NCBI GenBank assembly: GCA_964016885.1
Contig: OZ024744.1
Span: forward strand, 21,948,001 to 22,012,000
Source of the DNA: Eledone cirrhosa
Lineage: Eukaryota
DNA: 64,000 bases
Reading direction: 5' to 3'
The notes below the pieces were generated by a model, which worked only from the letters and a program-made list of their open reading frames with translations, did not search any database and was not told the origin of the DNA. How positions within the stretch are numbered: the stretch's first letter is position 1; every line of letters starts with the position of its first letter. Below are positions 57,703-64,000 of the stretch, in pieces. Position numbers and translations under genes: made by a program.

Positions 57703-58195
57703 TATAATACACTTAAACTTTTTCATAAAAGCCTCCTTCTGTAAATTCCTTTAAATAAATCTTACAACTTTAAACCTAAAGATTATTTTTCTAATTTCAT
57801 CTTAAATGGCATCTTCTAACTCTAAACATAAATTTAATGTTTCTAATTGTTAACCGTAATTTCTGTCCATACATTATACCATGCAGACGCCCACTTACTA
57901 TATATAGCTTTGTTAAAGATATATGTTCTTTGATAAAATATTTTTCGCGGCACTTTCTAGCACGCATGACCAGTTTGATTGTAACCTGATCTCAACGCTG
58001 GCCTCTGTCTTTGACGGGGTGGTAGTAGTACACTATAAGCCTACGCCCGTTCACCAGATGGACATAATTAGGCTTAATAATCACCATTTGAGGGCGGCCG
58101 ACCGGGGTTGAAGCTGCTAAATGTCCGGTCTCCCTCATGTCTGTGATGTTCAGCCCCATGGATTTTGTCTATTATATTCCTTTGTTTTGTTTCGA

Positions 58196-58252
58196 ATACC
58201 TGATGATGTCACCGGATTCATACTGAACCCGTCATTGAAATGATCATGGTAT
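58196..58252 (+). ncRNA. Hammerhead with G at the cleavage position (probably inactive)
   Basis: atac-CTGATGA-stem II-GAAAT-gatc-ATG-gtat. Confidence 0.65.
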
Positions 58253-58314
58253 AATAAACCTTTTAAGGAATTACACCAGTCCAGCCTCCTGTTATTTTAT
58301 AATATATATATATT

Positions 58315-58405
<91 letters not shown>

Positions 58406-58432
58406 GGGATTTAGATCGATACAATGTTTCAG

Positions 58433-58486
58433 ATATAAGAGCTACGGCAATCGTTCCAACGTTACTTCCTGGAGAACTTCTCAATG
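58433..58486 (+). CDS. Candidate exon, 54 nt
   Basis: TGTTTCAG acceptor, G|GTAACA donor, two open frames. Confidence 0.25.
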
Positions 58487-59158
58487 GTAACATGTCGTGC
58501 GAAGAGAATTTGTTACAGAGAAATTCAAACAATTTAACAGAGAACATGTTTTGTTAAATTACATTTCAGCCTCTGGACCATAATGGTTTCGACACTTGAA
58601 ATAAAACCGCTTATTACAAGTATTAGAAATTGATAATCACTAAATTAGGACAAGGGTCTTTTCTGCAGGTCCTCCTAATGATAGCCCAAAAGAATCGTCA
58701 TGTTTAGATAAAAGGCAAAATCAAACTGGCCGTGTTTCCCCCGGGTAGAAGCTAGAAATAATTGCACTTCGCACGGCTAATTTAGCAAATAAAAAGTCTA
58801 GAAAGTTACAGATAAACACAGACATACATATACTTACACACACGCACGCACACACACACACACACACTCACACATATATATATGTATATGCATATGTGTG
58901 TGTGTGTCTGTGTGTGTGCCTGTGTGAGACTGTGTGTGCATGTGTGTGTGTGTGCATGTGTCGGTGTGTGTATGAATACGTGTTAACAGCCAGCACTTTT
59001 CCAGTTGTTTTTACATGTACATTTGGATTATGAGAAATAATTTATCAGTTTCAAAGAAAAAATATTTATTAGTTTTTTATGTTTTGTTTACAGCTACAGA
59101 ACAACCTCTATCTTATTTGCTGAGCTGATAATTTTTACCGCGCTGCACACCATCCACC

Positions 59159-59159
<1 letters not shown>

Positions 59160-59203
<44 letters not shown>

Positions 59204-59282
59204 GGTGGTGGTGGTGGTGGTGGTGGTGGTGGTGGTGGTGGTGTGGTGGTGGTGGTAGTAGTTATTGTGGTGGTGGTGGTAA

Positions 59283-59370
<88 letters not shown>

Positions 59371-59407
59371 GGTGGTGGTGGTGGTAGTAGTAGTAGTTAT
59401 GGTGGTG

Positions 59408-59468
<61 letters not shown>

Positions 59469-59530
59469 TAGTAGTAGTAGTAGTGGTGGTGGTGGTAGTA
59501 GTAGTATTAGTAGTAGTAGTAGTAATAGTA
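59160..59530. repeat. (TAG)n/(TGG)n compound microsatellite
   Basis: Visible directly. Confidence 0.95.
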
Positions 59531-59875
59531 ACATTAAAAACAAAGAAGTTTTTTGCATATTTTCCCAGTTTTTGTTTAATGTTAAAATAATTGATAAAAA
59601 TCAAACGAGATTGCTGTGTCATTTCTAATCAAGATATTCCACTGTAAGTAATTAGAACACAAGTAGGGTTTTTCATATTTCAATCATAGTTATCGTTCAA
59701 TGTATTATTGGTTACTTTATTGTTGTTGGTGGTGGTAGTGGTGGTGGGTATCGTTGTGGTGGTGGGGTGGGGTAGGAGTGGAGGTTGGGGGAGGGCGATT
59801 GTTTTTTGTATTATTTTTGTTTTTAAACATTTATTTAATTATTGATAAAACATAAACCTTCAATTGAACAATCGT

Positions 59876-60054
59876 CAGTATCGGTAGAGGGTCGGACGCC
59901 ATGCTTTCCAGCATATAGTTACGTCCCTTTATGGTCTGAGTTCAAATCCCGCCGAGGTTGACTTTGCCTTTCATCCTTACAGGGTCGATAAAATAAAGTA
60001 CCAGTAATGTACTGGGGTAATTGATGGCCTTGTGCCTAAAGTAGAAACAATTAT
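59876..60054 (+). mobile_element. Nin-like tRNA SINE (also 46608-46785 plus, 46150-46310 minus, 49782-49890 minus, 62630-62830 minus)
   Basis: GAGTTCAAATCCCGCCGAGGTTGACTTTGCCTTTCATCCTTACAGGGTCGATAAAATAAAGTACCAG. Confidence 0.85.
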
Positions 60055-60714
60055 TGGTGTTCTTGTTGTTGCTGTTATTATTGTTGCTGTTGTTATTGTT
60101 ATTATTAGTGTTGTTGTTGTTGCTGTTATTATTGTTGTAATTCTTGTTGTTATTATTATTGTTGTTGTTGTTATTGTTGTTTTTGTTGTTATTATTTTTA
60201 TTACTGTTGTTATTATTGTTATTGTTGTTGTGATTTTTTTATTTGCACCTTAATCTTTCTCTTAAAATAAACAATGAAAAAAAAAACATCTCTAAGAAGA
60301 AAAGAATGTAAAACGAAAATAAATAAACATAAATAAATAAAAATTAATAAAATACAATAAAGAAGAATAAAAGAAAGAATTACATGGAATAAACAATGTT
60401 TAGGATGACTGATATTTCAACAATTATTTCTCAGATTTTCTCAAGTTCATCTTATAATCCATCTCTCACAATTATTTTATTTATTTCCTTTTATTTTTTC
60501 CTTTCGTTTTTCTTATATTTTGATTGTTTTTTTTTGTTTTTTTTTTGTATTTCGATTTTATTTTCTTTCGTTTTTTTGTGTTTTTTTTTCGTTTACTTTT
60601 TTATATTCTTTTTTTCCCATTTATCTACTGTTATATTGTATTTCTCATTTATATTTTTTTTCTTTGTATATGACTTTTCTTATTTAATTGTTGATGTTGT
60701 TCTTTTATTGTTAT

Positions 60715-60863
60715 AGTTGCTGTTGTTGTTGTTGTTTTTCTTCTTCTTCTTCTTCTTCTTCTTCTTCTTCTTGTTCTTCTTCTTCTTCTTCTTATTATTA
60801 TTATTATTATTATTTACTACTACTACTCCTACTACTACCACCACCACCACCACCACCACCACA

Positions 60864-60945
<82 letters not shown>

Positions 60946-61003
60946 TTACTACTACTACTACAATCACCACCAACACCACCACTACTACTACCACTACTAC
61001 TAT

Positions 61004-61056
<53 letters not shown>

Positions 61057-61060
61057 CTTC
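60715..61060. repeat. Compound triplet microsatellite (TTG/TTC/TTA/CTA/CCA)
   Basis: Visible directly. Confidence 0.95.
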
Positions 61061-61396
61061 ATCTTCCATGCCCCAACCCATAAGCATGTGGCGCACCCTC
61101 CCTACTCATATCACCACCTCCTCCTCCCTAAATGTGCCTCGCCCCCTCCACCATACACACAATGAAGAAATATGGAAAATCCCCGTCCATTACTCTATTA
61201 GCAGAGATAGACGGTTTGGCCCCTGTGATTGTAAACAATGTAATATAATAATACATAAGTATTGTGATGTGAAGGAACAGTTTCAACAGGTGCGTTCTTA
61301 GATAACTGCAGACGCACTGACACACACATACATATATACATACATACATATATACATATATACATACATATATATATACATATATATATATATATG

Positions 61397-61474
<78 letters not shown>

Positions 61475-61594
61475 CATACATACATACATACATACCTATA
61501 TACATACATAATACATATAAACATGCATAATACTTATATACATACCTACATACCTATATATGCACATAGATACATACTCACATATATATACATA

Positions 61595-61814
<220 letters not shown>

Positions 61815-62560
61815 CATTATAGTAAGTGGAAGGATAAAATATCAGGAAGGCTGCATAGATGCAGATTTGAGATTAAGTATTTCTATTTTCTTAATTTACA
61901 AAGCTCTGAATTGTATCTGAGAAACTGATAAGAACTTCTCTACGCTTGTATATAACAATTGCGAAAAAAAGAAAAGAGAAAAGAAAAGAGAAAGACACTC
62001 CTATCCTAAATTGTTATCTTTTGCAAAATATTGCTGTTTGCTGCCAGATATTAAACGCCAGAATATCAACATTTCCGCACACTGAATGCGTTATGCATTG
62101 TTCCCCAAATAAAATCATTCCCTTTCCGATTTGCAGTCTCTGTTTCCGCTTACGGTTTTCAAGACGACCATTTTTAATATAATAATCTCCCGCTCAACAC
62201 CACTTATGTTCATTTCAACAATGATATATTAAAAAGGAAAAAGAAAAGAAAAAAGAAAAAATTCTTGTACCACATTTTTATCTACCACTTCTCCTTATTT
62301 CTCCTCTTCTGCCAGTCATGATTCTCACACACACACACACACAGCATGCTCTTTCTTATTCTCCCCCACCTCTCTCGGTGTCTCTCTGTCTCCCTCTTTC
62401 TCTCTCTATCTCTTTTATCTCTCTCTATCTCTTGTAACATATGTCAAGAAAAGCCCCATATTTTCTATAAGTGTTTCGAATAATAGCTTCATAACGAGAC
62501 GAACATAACGTATACTACTACTACTACTACTACTACTAATAATAATAATAATAATAATAA

Positions 62561-62600
<40 letters not shown>

Positions 62601-63000
62601 GCTGCTGGTAATAATAATTATTAACTCTAATATTGGCACGAGGCCAGCAATATTTTTTGGCGGGAAAAGTCGATTATACCGCCCCGAGTTTGGACTGGCA
62701 CATTTTTATCGACCTCAGAAAGATGAAAAGGAAAAGTTGACCTGGGCGACATTTGAACTCATAACATAAAAGGCCGTCACTAAATGTTACAGAATAATTT
62801 GCTCGGCGTTCTATCAACTCCTCTGCAAATTCACATCATCATCATCATCATCATCGCATAAAACAACGTAGGCACAAGGTGAATTATAAGATGATCTATT
62901 AAAGTCGCTTATACAGAATCGCGTTTCCCATTTCATATATGCATATATATATATATATATATATGCATATATGCATATATGAAATGGGAAAAGCGATTCT

Positions 63001-63052
<52 letters not shown>

Positions 63053-63551
63053 AAAGTTATATTTAAATTGTTGGGTTAACAACGAGTAAATATTTATAAC
63101 TGATATAAAAGCACTCAACAAGTATTTGGAGTATATATATGATATTAAATAAATGGAAACTATATTTATAAAACCATATTTATTTCGTTATATATATTTC
63201 AGGGATATCATATTAACAATATGTTATGCCTTCTTCAGACAAAATACAATATAAACAGTCTTATAAATAAATAGATACGACATACCTTTCAATCCCCTTG
63301 CATTTGGGAGGTTGATTTGGCAATAAAAAATATTGTGGACAGTTGTAAAAAGAAAGAGAGAAAGAAAGAAAGAAAGAGAAACGAAGAAAAAGAAGAAATG
63401 CATGTGACTAAATAGAGAGATATAGAAAGATAGATAAAGAGAAGAACTACATGTAAAGAAACAGAGAGAAATATATATAGAGAGAGGAAAAAAGAAAGAG
63501 ATAGATAGAGATAGATAGAGAAACTAGGAAGTTGAGTATCGGTTGATACAT

Positions 63552-63586
<35 letters not shown>

Positions 63587-64000
63587 GCTCTAGTATTAAT
63601 GTAAAGAGAGATGTATCTAGTCAAGAGAGAAAATAGCCGTTATATAGAGATATATAAACTTTTGGAATGATTTCTGCTAGACAGGATTTGGTAAACAATT
63701 TTTGTTTTATCTGTTTCGACTCTGATGCTTATGATGAACTTGGCAATATATTGTCAATTAACTTTGAAAGGCTGATCTCTGTGGCCGATTTGCGTGGCAT
63801 AATGTTTTATTTTTATTATTTTTTAATATTTTGTAATATTTTTTATTTTTTTATTTTTAATATTAAATGTTTTAGTTTTCTGTTTATTTATTTATTTTCT
63901 TGTCTCTGATATTTTTATTTTTATTTTTATTTTTATTTTTATTTTTATTTTTATTTTTATTTTTATTAATATATTGAAATCTGTTCTCTATTTCTGCTTG

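Overview
Non-genic-looking, AT-rich eukaryotic DNA saturated with microsatellites ((TA)n, (CA)n, (GA)n, (TACA)n, triplets) and decayed transposons. The SINE families and microsatellite load suggest a coleoid cephalopod, probably Octopus (inference). Recognisable mobile elements are two Penelope-like (PLE) fragments, two Tx1/L1-clade LINEs, a near full-length RTE LINE with C-terminal C2H2 fingers, an RTE 3' end, two R4/Dong-type 3' ends, a Chapaev3-like transposase, a Helitron helicase tail, CORE-like and Nin-like tRNA SINEs, MITEs and a 5.9-kb pentamer satellite. Almost all ORFs in the supplied track are microsatellite artefacts. The main unexplained signal, found by reading the non-coding DNA, is about 20 type-I hammerhead ribozyme motifs from at least 10 different sequence families. 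Most sit in short (0.15-1.2 kb) non-coding inserts in or beside (TA)n tracts, and many are arranged as fold-back inverted duplications. One is a 316-nt tandem retrozyme-like array, and two unrelated families carry a compensatory U3-A8 catalytic core. A few small candidate plus-strand exons (15.4 kb and 54.9-59.2 kb) may belong to a host gene but are unconfirmed. All motifs were read by eye; no searches or folding programs were run.
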